46,262 nt of DNA, taken from positions 1 through 46,262 of IMG/VR virus record IMGVR_UViG_3300010048_000007; one strand, given 5' to 3'. This document shows, piece after piece, positions 8,886 to 16,477 of this stretch (within the stretch, counting starts at the first letter, position 1; every line of letters starts with the position of its first letter). The notes beneath the pieces were generated by a model that saw nothing but the letters and a program-made list of their open reading frames with translations, was not told the DNA's origin and did no database searches. The translations under genes and the position numbers were made by a program. Source of the DNA: a virus. Lineage: Duplodnaviria; Caudoviricetes.

Positions 8886-9185
8886 GTGGCGAGGGAACGC
8901 CTACCCAATGGCCGCTTCGCAAACGGCCAATTCCGACCACCCGAGCACCGCTGGCCGCTGGAGGCGTGGCGCCTGGCCTACGACCACGGCGCCTCGTACC
9001 GGCAAATCGCGCTCGACGCCGGCTGCCACTGGACCACCGTCGCCCGCTACCTCTCCAAAGACGCCAACCACCCGCCCGACCCCGGCCCCAACCGCTGGGA
9101 CCTCGACACCCGCTGGGGCGAATCCCCGCGGGAGCGCGCCTTCCGAAGGTTTCCTGTTGTTGCCCATAAGCCCGGAGGATGGTGA
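8886..9185 (+). CDS. HTH DNA-binding protein
   Basis: HGASYRQIALDAGCHWTTVARYL helix-turn-helix. Confidence 0.65.
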   Translation: MARERLPNGRFANGQFRPPEHRWPLEAWRLAYDHGASYRQIALDAGCHWTTVARYLSKDANHPPDPGPNRWDLDTRWGESPRERAFRRFPVVAHKPGGW

Positions 9186-9190
9186 TGACG

Positions 9191-9655
9191 CTATTCGATA
9201 AAGGTTCTGGCCCCATAGCGGCGATGCTTAGCGAGATTGGGAAGCCGCGGCGGCGGATCGCCGCCCATCACAATCGGAAACTCGCCGCCGCCATCTCGCG
9301 ACATCTCAACCGTCTTGGCGGGCCGCTTTCGCGGGAGGCGATCACGCTCCTCGTGGCGCCGTGGCACAATCTGCGCAGGCGCGCGCAGCCGAAACCGAAA
9401 CGGCTTGATTGGCCAACCCTGGTCAAAGGCGATGATCGATTGCTGCGCCCGATACGGCGTCAGATAGATGTAACGCTCGTCGGTGGCGGCGTAGCTGAAC
9501 CTGATCGTCGTCATGTCGACCAGCACATTGATCGCGTCTGGCAGCTTCGCCCGGATCGCCTCCGCGATCATGCAGTGGCTCGACGTTCGGTCGACCGAGT
9601 TCGCAATCTCGTCCGCCGTTATCTCGATCCTGATGTCAGTGGTGCGGGTCGTCAT
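9191..9655 (-). CDS. Hypothetical phage protein
   Basis: 154 aa, GAGG RBS, upstream TTGACA-N18-TAGAGC; SSHCMIAEAI motif. Confidence 0.65.
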   Translation of the reverse strand: MTTRTTDIRIEITADEIANSVDRTSSHCMIAEAIRAKLPDAINVLVDMTTIRFSYAATDERYIYLTPYRAQQSIIAFDQGWPIKPFRFRLRAPAQIVPRRHEERDRLPRKRPAKTVEMSRDGGGEFPIVMGGDPPPRLPNLAKHRRYGARTFIE

Positions 9656-9809
9656 ACCGATTGTCCTCTGTTCCGGAGATACAACCGCGCTCTACTCCCG
9701 CCAATGTTACGCTGTCAAGGGACACAAACCGAGGTTCGAATGAGCACTATCGGCGGGAAGAACAGCGGCAGGTGCGCAACCTCTAAGTAGCCAGGAGACA
9801 AACCCAGCC

Positions 9810-10448
9810 ATGAAAAACGCCCGGAAGCCACGCTGGTTCAAATGGTACTGTGATGAGCTTATCGCCGGCACAATGATGCTATCCAACGAACAGTTAGGGT
9901 GCTTTGTCCGCATCATCGCGTTCAATCAATCCACAGGGTATGGTATCCAACTAAAACAGCTAGTTACACTGTGTCATTCCCGAGTAGACAGAGTGCATCT
10001 GATAACCCGCCAATTGTTATCCACAGGCAAAATAGTTGCTTTCCACAATAAGTGCTACAATGAAGACGAAATCTGTCAACGTTGCGACAAATGCCCCCAG
10101 CCTGCGCACTTCCTGGGGAGTTCCCGAGCACTTCGTGAGCACTTGTTACACACTAACGGTATGATAAACAAAAAAACCGCCAGCATCGCGCGCGCGCCAG
10201 AACTAGAACCAGAATCAGAGTCTTCTTCTTCCTTCACTAGCCCTATCGCAACGCTCGCACCGTTCGTGCGACCCGCGGGCTCGCTCGCTTCGCCGAGCGC
10301 TGGGTCCGCGCTCGCTCCCTCGCCCGCGCCTCCCCTTTCCTCTACCGACGTCTGGAAACAACAACTCGGACTCCTCAACCCAAACCCCAAACCCAAACCA
10401 AACTACGTCGAAGATGGTGTCCCTAACCCCAGGTATATGCGGCATTGA
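9810..10448 (+). CDS. Replication initiator-like protein with DUF1376/YdaU N-terminus
   Basis: PRWFKWYCDELIAGTMMLSNEQLGCFVRII; PELEPESE linker typical of lambdoid initiators; AGGAG RBS. Confidence 0.65.
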   Translation: MKNARKPRWFKWYCDELIAGTMMLSNEQLGCFVRIIAFNQSTGYGIQLKQLVTLCHSRVDRVHLITRQLLSTGKIVAFHNKCYNEDEICQRCDKCPQPAHFLGSSRALREHLLHTNGMINKKTASIARAPELEPESESSSSFTSPIATLAPFVRPAGSLASPSAGSALAPSPAPPLSSTDVWKQQLGLLNPNPKPKPNYVEDGVPNPRYMRH

Positions 10449-10778
10449 CGTACTCAATCAAACCGGGTGGCAGCCAAACCTCCTCCACTTTCGCTCGCCG
10501 GAGCGCAAAATCCTCGGGGCCTCGCGCGAGGCCCGGAATTTCCCCGTACCGCGGCTCGCCTACAATCCGGGCGAGCGGGGCGAACATTTGTACACCAGCG
10601 CCACACTGTCCGCATTTCGTGTGTCGGGCTATCTCGACCAAGCGTCTTCACGCCGCAGAAACCCTGGCACAGGCCGCAGAACTGTCCGCATTTGACACGC
10701 TTTGCGGAATGTTGTCATCACTCGCACCCGGTTGCAAGTAGGTCGACAACAGTCGAACAAACTGATACGATCGCGTGT

Positions 10779-11180
10779 GTGCCTGGACATAAAGTAACGC
10801 GCGAACGCTATGCGGCAGCGGCCTCGAAGAGGCTAGTTGAGGTAATACCGCGTCTGACTAACGAGCAATTTCAGGCTCTCACACCAATGGAGAAGATCGA
10901 GGCGACGTTTGGCGCGAACATGCCAGCGATGTACGAGCTGGCGACATTACCATGGGCGGTTGCCGATTTACACGAGCGAACACTGAAGGTTCGACTTTAC
11001 GAGGTCTATATCCGGGCGGGATTGAAGTTTGCCGATCTGCGGACGCGGGAGAACCTGGGGACGCGGCTGTTGGAGCAGCTGGAGGCGGCGCTTGACGGGC
11101 GCGGCGCTGAGGGAGGGGCTGCGATGGCCTCAGCGGGCGCAGGCAAGGCCGCTGAGCGGCCTAAACGGCGATCGGGGTAG
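10779..11180 (+). CDS. Hypothetical helical protein (possible terminase small subunit)
   Basis: Protein-like 3' part of ORF 10467..11180; no canonical terS next to terL. Confidence 0.4.
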   Translation: MPGHKVTRERYAAAASKRLVEVIPRLTNEQFQALTPMEKIEATFGANMPAMYELATLPWAVADLHERTLKVRLYEVYIRAGLKFADLRTRENLGTRLLEQLEAALDGRGAEGGAAMASAGAGKAAERPKRRSG

Positions 11181-11254
11181 TTTGGGACGCCGGCGGTCGG
11201 AGGGTGCTCCTGCGGGCTTCTATCGGCTCCGGCGGGCCACTTGGGCGGTTGAGC

Positions 11255-11494
11255 TTAGCCTTTGACGAGGCGCAGTTTGGGGCGCCCTCTGCGCCCTGGT
11301 TGCATTTGCCGGTGATAGAACTGGGCTCTGGTGGCGCGCAGTCCGTCGGGGCCGGCCAGCGCGAACAGGCTGCGCCACTCGGCGAGCTCGGCGGCGGTGA
11401 TGCCGTGCTCGGCTTCGAGTTCGGCGAGGGTTGTGCGGCCCTGTGCGACGGCGAGGAGAGTGGCGGCCTTTTTGCTTTTGGTCCACCTGATCAT
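11255..11494 (-). CDS. sciP: SciP/DUF1153-like protein (CtrA inhibitor family)
   Basis: RWTKSKKAATLLAVAQGRTTLAELEAEHGITAAELAEWRSLFALAGPDGLRATRAQFY aligns by eye with the SciP pattern RW..RRKA.VV.AV.GG..S.EE.C.RY.L..EEF..W.......G..GLR.TR.Q.Y. Confidence 0.8.
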   Translation of the reverse strand: MIRWTKSKKAATLLAVAQGRTTLAELEAEHGITAAELAEWRSLFALAGPDGLRATRAQFYHRQMQPGRRGRPKLRLVKG

Positions 11495-11660
11495 GGCTGG
11501 GCGAGGACGAGCATGCGCAGCGCGGCCAGCACGAGGCCGGCCCACAGCATAGCGTCCAGCGCCAGGGCGGCGATGAGCGGGTAGTTGGTTAGGCTGGGCT
11601 CCGGGGCATGGCGGCGAGGATAGCACGGTCGGCGCGCGCGGGCAAACCTGCGGCACCACA

Positions 11661-11676
11661 TTAACACTGCACTAAC
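11661..11676 (+). promoter_or_regulatory. Putative CtrA box
   Basis: TTAA-cactgca-CTAAC, one mismatch to TTAA-N7-TTAAC, upstream of the sciP-like gene. Confidence 0.45.
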
Positions 11677-11804
11677 GAACGATTCGGGAACTTGCATCAG
11701 TTCTCATTAGGGGAACATGCATCATAGTGCATGAGGGACACTAGCGCTTGCACTATGCGTTAGTGGCATGCCATATTCCTGGTGTCAGCAAATAGGAGCG
11801 TCAA

Positions 11805-12044
11805 ATGCACAAACTTAACGTTATACGGTTTCCCTCTGGCCATTACGGCTTTGTAGGTTCGGTACTGTTCGCGCTTGCGTACATTGCAGACAAAATCACG
11901 CCGCAAGAAGTGCGCGGCTGCATGACCCAGTCCATCGCGCGTAGCATTGCTGAGCGCCGCGGTGGTTGTCTGAAAACTCGAACCTTCAGTTCATCGGAAC
12001 AAGCGGCCGCGTTTGCCGTCGATCGCGGATACGGCGTGATGTAA
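11805..12044 (+). CDS. Hypothetical protein
   Basis: 79 aa, AGGAG RBS, upstream TTGCAC-N18-CATATT, downstream hairpin gcgcggc-ctaagc-gccgcgc (12061-12080). Confidence 0.65.
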   Translation: MHKLNVIRFPSGHYGFVGSVLFALAYIADKITPQEVRGCMTQSIARSIAERRGGCLKTRTFSSSEQAAAFAVDRGYGVM

Positions 12045-12116
12045 TCGTGGCATTCGGAGAGCGCGGCCTAAGCGCCGCGCCATCCTCTCGTTTGCCCTCC
12101 GGGACAGCGGTTAGCT

Positions 12117-12239
12117 ATGCTGGTATTTTTAGTGGGCGTTCTCATCGGGTTTATCGCGGCTTTTCCGTTATCCGCATGGATCGTCCATAAAAGGATGCTC
12201 AGCGATGATTATAATCGTACCCTAGGCAACGACCCATGA
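12117..12239 (+). CDS. Small membrane peptide, 40 aa (not in ORF track)
   Basis: MLVFLVGVLIGFIAAFPLSAWIVHKRMLSDDYNRTLGNDP; ATGA overlap with 12236. Confidence 0.55.
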   Translation: MLVFLVGVLIGFIAAFPLSAWIVHKRMLSDDYNRTLGNDP

Positions 12240-12502
12240 CGCTCTGGATGCCCCCCGTGGGCCGCTTTTTTCTGTCCGTGGCCGCATTGTTAGCTATCAT
12301 CTGCATCACGGCAGCAATCTGGCTAATATTTTTCCGTGAATATGATTATGACATTCTCGCCGCCGCGTGGCCCTGGGCGTGCGTGCTCTGGCTATCTGCC
12401 TATCTGTTCGGTAAATTTCTGATTACAATAAATCGTGCATGGTGGAGTTTAACGCCTGAAGAGCGCGCCAAATGGCGCTCAATGGATGACAGCGGATGGT
12501 AA
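12236..12502 (+). CDS. Two-TM membrane protein
   Basis: Two hydrophobic segments; AT-richer DNA. Confidence 0.6.
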   Translation: MTLWMPPVGRFFLSVAALLAIICITAAIWLIFFREYDYDILAAAWPWACVLWLSAYLFGKFLITINRAWWSLTPEERAKWRSMDDSGW

Positions 12503-12511
12503 AACCCAACC

Positions 12512-12847
12512 TCACCGGCCCTTTAGCAGCCGCTCCCAGGTGCGCCACGGCAGCACGACGAGCGGGGGCGGGGCATGCTGCCCGGGCTCGGCGTCGTAGC
12601 GCAGGAAGAGCGCATCGGCCTCTCCTAGCGCTTGCGTGACCCCTTTGGTGCCGCGCGGACCGTGCAGCGCTTTGACCTGGCAGCGCAGCACCGCTGCGCC
12701 AACTTTGACGTCGACATCCTCATGGTTGCCTTGGTAGCGCGTCGCGCCCGATAGCGGCACGCGCTGCGCCTCCAGGCCGATTGCTTGGTGCAACCGGACG
12801 ACCTCTCGCTCTACTCTTGCGCCTTTGTTTCTGCTATGACTTCCCAC
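12512..12847 (-). CDS. Hjc-like PD-(D/E)XK Holliday junction resolvase
   Basis: SRNKGARVEREV...RVPLSGA...EDVDV...CQVK motif. Confidence 0.75.
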   Translation of the reverse strand: MGSHSRNKGARVEREVVRLHQAIGLEAQRVPLSGATRYQGNHEDVDVKVGAAVLRCQVKALHGPRGTKGVTQALGEADALFLRYDAEPGQHAPPPLVVLPWRTWERLLKGR

Positions 12848-13038
12848 TCTCCACACCATTCTTCGGCCGACACGATGGGCCATTGATCGACCACAAAGAT
12901 CGGCGTTTCACGCCGATTTTCGCAAAAAAGAAAGCTGCGCGGCAGCGGCGCGCGGCGATGGCAGGCACCTTCGTTATCAAAGGCATCGACGAATTGATCG
13001 GGTTCGAAGAAACGGCAGGTAGCGCATTTGGGTGTCAA
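12811..13038 (-). CDS. Small Cys-rich phage protein
   Basis: CATCRFF...GACHRRAP...WP.V...WCGEW motif common in proteobacterial phages. Confidence 0.7.
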   Translation of the reverse strand: MTPKCATCRFFEPDQFVDAFDNEGACHRRAPLPRSFLFCENRRETPIFVVDQWPIVSAEEWCGEWEVIAETKAQE

Positions 13039-13148
13039 TCGGGGCCTCCCCAGCCGCCCAGATAGGCGAGCAGCATGGCGAGCACGACGGCGCCGTAGAA
13101 CGCCAGCGCGGCGAGCGCCATGATGGCCCAGAGATCGTGATTAGCCAT
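13035..13148 (-). CDS. Small single-TM peptide
   Basis: MANHDLWAIMALAALAFYGAVVLAMLLAYLGGWGGPD; overlaps both neighbours. Confidence 0.5.
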   Translation of the reverse strand: MANHDLWAIMALAALAFYGAVVLAMLLAYLGGWGGPD

Positions 13149-13374
13149 CGGGCGGCTCGTCATCGTAAATGTCGGGACGTAGCGCGGCGCGGGAGATCCC
13201 CGACAACCTCTCAACCTGTCGGACCCACTCGACCGGGATGCGGCCACTATCAAGGTACCACATGGCGACGGCCTGGCGAGAGATACCGAGTTTTTTGGCG
13301 ACGACAGAAGGGCCGCCGGCGGCTTTGACCGCTTCGAGGGTGATAGCGCAATCGCGGAAGTCGATTTCTCGCAT
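13141..13374 (-). CDS. cro: Cro/YdaS-like HTH regulator
   Basis: AVKAAGGPSVVAKKLGISRQAVAMW...RIP...LRPDIY. Confidence 0.85.
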   Translation of the reverse strand: MREIDFRDCAITLEAVKAAGGPSVVAKKLGISRQAVAMWYLDSGRIPVEWVRQVERLSGISRAALRPDIYDDEPPDG

Positions 13375-13378
13375 GGTG

Positions 13379-13418
13379 TTAAGAGGTGGTTGACACGGGT
13401 TCTTGCCAAGGATAGCTT
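13379..13418 (+). promoter_or_regulatory. sigma70 promoter with overlapping CtrA-like box
   Basis: TTGACA(13390)-N17-TAGCTT(13413); TTAA-gaggtgg-TTGAC at 13379-13394. Confidence 0.6.
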
Positions 13419-13458
13419 ACCAGGTGTCGCTGAGGAAATCTCAAAGTGGAGGTTCGAA

Positions 13459-13674
13459 ATGAATGGCAAGAGGCTAACCACGGTAGCGGCCGCACTAGCC
13501 GCCCTGATATTTGCGGCACAGCAGGCCAGCGCAGCGCTGGCTGAGGTTGGCGCCTCCATCAAAGCCGCAAACCATCATATGCAATTGACTTCCGATTGCG
13601 GTGGAGGTGACTCCAGCAGCGGTGACGGCAGCGACGCAAGCAGCAGTCCTTGTGGTGGTAGCGTCTATGGATGA
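13459..13674 (+). CDS. 71-aa peptide with hydrophobic leader and Cys/Gly/Ser/Asp-rich core (precursor-like)
   Basis: GGAGG RBS; ends DCGGGDSSSGDGSDASSSPCGGSVYG; 8-bp overlap with next gene. Confidence 0.65.
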   Translation: MNGKRLTTVAAALAALIFAAQQASAALAEVGASIKAANHHMQLTSDCGGGDSSSGDGSDASSSPCGGSVYG

Positions 13675-14266
13675 GTTGCAAAAACTGACTCTAACCCGCA
13701 TCACACCGGTGATCGATGCGTGGATTGAAGCAAACGCGCCCTCCAAAGATCAGGGTCATTTAAAGGCGCGCCTCTCTTATATTGAGGCGTTCGATCTCTC
13801 CTTTATTGTGCCGAAACTTATTGAGGAAGGTAAGGGCGTTTTCAATCAGACCAATACTGATTTGGGCATCCGCGAGTTGAAGCGCTTCCTATCCCTTATG
13901 CTTTTATGCGATGCGACTCATACCCCGTCGGCCCAACTTGATATTGCGTGGCATCAATTTATCATCTTTACAAAGCAATACCGACGGTTTTGCCAGGATA
14001 GTTTTGGAGGTTACCTCGATCATAACCCTCGCCTTCCTACCGACCCGCATAAGGACGGCAATTTCGAGCATACTCTAAATTGCTACCGCACCCACTATGG
14101 AGAGCCACCGGCTGAAATGTGGGAGCCCTTCCCCAAATTAGAGGTGCCCAACTTTGCCGATCTAATCGCACATTTGGTTGTTCTACGGGATGCATTAGAT
14201 CAAATAATATCGATAGGAGAGTGGAGTGAGTGCGATCGAACACCAGATCCACCAAATCCTACGTAA
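13667..14266 (+). CDS. DUF1399/GRDP-like (glycine-rich domain-containing protein-like) protein
   Basis: ELKRFLSL...PSAQLDIAWHQFIIFTKQYRRFC...GGYLDHNP...TLNCYRTHYGEPPAEMW family signature. Confidence 0.78.
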   Translation: MDELQKLTLTRITPVIDAWIEANAPSKDQGHLKARLSYIEAFDLSFIVPKLIEEGKGVFNQTNTDLGIRELKRFLSLMLLCDATHTPSAQLDIAWHQFIIFTKQYRRFCQDSFGGYLDHNPRLPTDPHKDGNFEHTLNCYRTHYGEPPAEMWEPFPKLEVPNFADLIAHLVVLRDALDQIISIGEWSECDRTPDPPNPT

Positions 14267-14426
14267 TCAAATCGCCATAATGCATGCGCTAGAAACGGTG
14301 GCGACGGTTCACGGCGAGGAATTGCGGCGAGGAATAGAAGATACTGCACGGCTGCTGCGTGCTGTGGACGAGAGCGGCCCGAGATCCCAGAGATCCACAC
14401 GGCACAGTGTTTCGATATGGCGCTGA
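14226..14426 (+). CDS. Hypothetical protein
   Basis: 66 aa, GGAG RBS, overlaps flanking genes. Confidence 0.5.
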   Translation: MSAIEHQIHQILRNQIAIMHALETVATVHGEELRRGIEDTARLLRAVDESGPRSQRSTRHSVSIWR

Positions 14427-15277
14427 TTGATGAGGACGCCGCAACTTATCGGGCGCGGGCCGCGTGGTGCGCTTCGGACATGGTGCGCGGGGCGCAGACG
14501 TGTCCGGCGCAGATGTGGGCTTACGCCGATATGAACCCCGCCAAGCTCTCGGCAAAAGAGGCGCGCGAGCTCGACGACGGCACCGCGATCCATCTGGCGG
14601 TCTGCGAGCCCGGCGAATTCGAGGCGCGGACCCAAATCATCGATGCTGCCGATTACCGCACCAAGATGGCGCAGGAGTACCGCGAGGGCGCGCGGTTCTC
14701 CGGCCGCGTGCCGCTGTTAGTGCACCAAGTCAACCAGATCATGGCAATGCGGCGCGCGGTGCTGGCCTCGCCGGCCGGGCTGTGGCTCGAGGCTGCCAAG
14801 TGCGAGCAGACGATTATCTGGGATTGGACGCCTTGGGCAACGATGCAGCCGATGCCCTGCAAGGGCCGTGTCGATGTGGTCAGCGCGGCCCCTGGCGGTC
14901 CGCTGATCGACGTCAAAAGCGCCCGCTCAGCCTCGCCGGCGGCGTTCGAGCGGGCGCTCGTGCAGTACGGGCATCACATCCGCGCGGCGTGGTACCAGGA
15001 TGGCTGGGGCACGTCAGAAGGCGAGCGGCGGCGCTACGGCTACCTGGTGGTGCAGAAGGAGGCGCCGTATCTGGTCAACCTGTTCTGGCCGTCACCTCGG
15101 GCGCTCGAGTGGGGCCGGCGCGAGTATCGCCGGGTCTTGCAGCAGATCGGCGAGTGCCAAGAAGCCGGAGTGTGGCGCGGTTACGAATGGGGCCGCGAGG
15201 TCGAACTGCCGGTTGGTGCCGAGTACCGTCTGGCCGAAGCATTCGCCCAGGAGGATGCGGAGGAGGAGGACGCATGA
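14417..15277 (+). CDS. RecE/ExoVIII-like PD-(D/E)XK exonuclease (DUF3799-like)
   Basis: DGTAIHLAVCEP, CKGRVD, LIDVKS, YGHHIRAAWY, VVQKEAPY. Confidence 0.85.
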   Translation: MALIDEDAATYRARAAWCASDMVRGAQTCPAQMWAYADMNPAKLSAKEARELDDGTAIHLAVCEPGEFEARTQIIDAADYRTKMAQEYREGARFSGRVPLLVHQVNQIMAMRRAVLASPAGLWLEAAKCEQTIIWDWTPWATMQPMPCKGRVDVVSAAPGGPLIDVKSARSASPAAFERALVQYGHHIRAAWYQDGWGTSEGERRRYGYLVVQKEAPYLVNLFWPSPRALEWGRREYRRVLQQIGECQEAGVWRGYEWGREVELPVGAEYRLAEAFAQEDAEEEDA

Positions 15278-15465
15278 CCAAACACTACATCATTCTAGCG
15301 ATCTGCTTGACAGCGTCACTGATCTGCAACCTGTCACTAATGATAGTATTGAACAAAGCCAATAGTGACATGACGCGGGCCAACGATGTTATGCTCCGAG
15401 GCGCGTCAGCGTTGCGGGAATGCACTGATATTGTGCGAGAAGGTGTGCGAGGGCAAGGGCTGTGA
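15274..15465 (+). CDS. Small membrane-anchored protein
   Basis: MTKHYIILAICLTASLICNLSLMIVL...; 4-bp overlaps on both sides; GGAGG RBS. Confidence 0.55.
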   Translation: MTKHYIILAICLTASLICNLSLMIVLNKANSDMTRANDVMLRGASALRECTDIVREGVRGQGL

Positions 15466-16475
15466 CCGAGCTCGTCTTCCTGCCGGCGGTTCGCGAGCGC
15501 ACTCCGGTCTTTATCGCATTAGCAGGACCAAGCGGCTCGGGTAAAACCAGATCCGCGCTCGAGCTCGCCACCGGCTTGGCAGGCCCGGGGCGGATCGCGG
15601 TTGCCGACAGCGAGGGCCGCCGCGCGCTGCACTATCGCGATATGTACGAATTTGATCACCTGTCCTGGCAGCCCCCCTACACCCCGAAAGCGACGGCGGG
15701 CTTGATCGACGCGGCCGAGAAGGGTGGTTATGCGGTGCTGATCGTCGATAGTGCGTCGGACGAATACGAAGGCCAGGGCGGCCTGTTAGAAATGCATGAG
15801 GGAGCCGGCAAGAGCGACGAATTTTGGGCGAAGACGAAGGCACAACACAAACACTGGCTGGTTAACCGCATCCGGCGCGCGGCGATCCACACGATCTGGT
15901 GCTTGCGCGCCGAGGAGCGGGTCAAGATCAGCGAGGTTGGCGGCCGCGCCTCGGTCGAGCACCTCGGTTGGCAACCGATCTGCGAGAAGCGGTTTCTCTA
16001 CGAGATGCAATCTTCGTTCATTTTCGACGTCGAGCGGCCAGGGGTGCCGCGGCCGATCAAGCTGTATGACATCCATGCGCAGTTTTTCCCACGCGACAAA
16101 CCGATCACGCGCGAGGCTGGCGCTGCTCTTGCAACCTGGGCGGCCGGCGGCGCACTGCCCTCTGCCGGAGCTCGGCAGGGCGCGGTCGAGGGCGGGCCAC
16201 GTTCCCCTGTGGCGGGCGACACAACCTACCCCCCCGTGGGTGCCCAAGACGCCCTCGATCGCGATTCTCTCGTTGCCGAGGCCTGGGCCGCGGCGCGGCA
16301 GGGGATGGCTGTGCTCGAGGCGTACTGGTCCGATCTAAAGCGAGCCGAACGCCGGCTGATCGGCGCCGATTTGCTGCCGCACCTAAAAGACGCCGCCAGC
16401 GAGGCGGACGAGGTCGACAAGCTCGGGTTTGGTGAGGGGAAGACGGAGGATACGAAAGGCGGCGGAATATCTTGA
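15462..16475 (+). CDS. Sak4-like AAA_24 ATPase (recombination / single-strand annealing)
   Basis: GPSGSGKT Walker A, DSE, LIVDSAS Walker B; follows RecE-like gene. Confidence 0.8.
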   Translation: MTELVFLPAVRERTPVFIALAGPSGSGKTRSALELATGLAGPGRIAVADSEGRRALHYRDMYEFDHLSWQPPYTPKATAGLIDAAEKGGYAVLIVDSASDEYEGQGGLLEMHEGAGKSDEFWAKTKAQHKHWLVNRIRRAAIHTIWCLRAEERVKISEVGGRASVEHLGWQPICEKRFLYEMQSSFIFDVERPGVPRPIKLYDIHAQFFPRDKPITREAGAALATWAAGGALPSAGARQGAVEGGPRSPVAGDTTYPPVGAQDALDRDSLVAEAWAAARQGMAVLEAYWSDLKRAERRLIGADLLPHLKDAASEADEVDKLGFGEGKTEDTKGGGIS

Positions 16476-16477
16476 AG

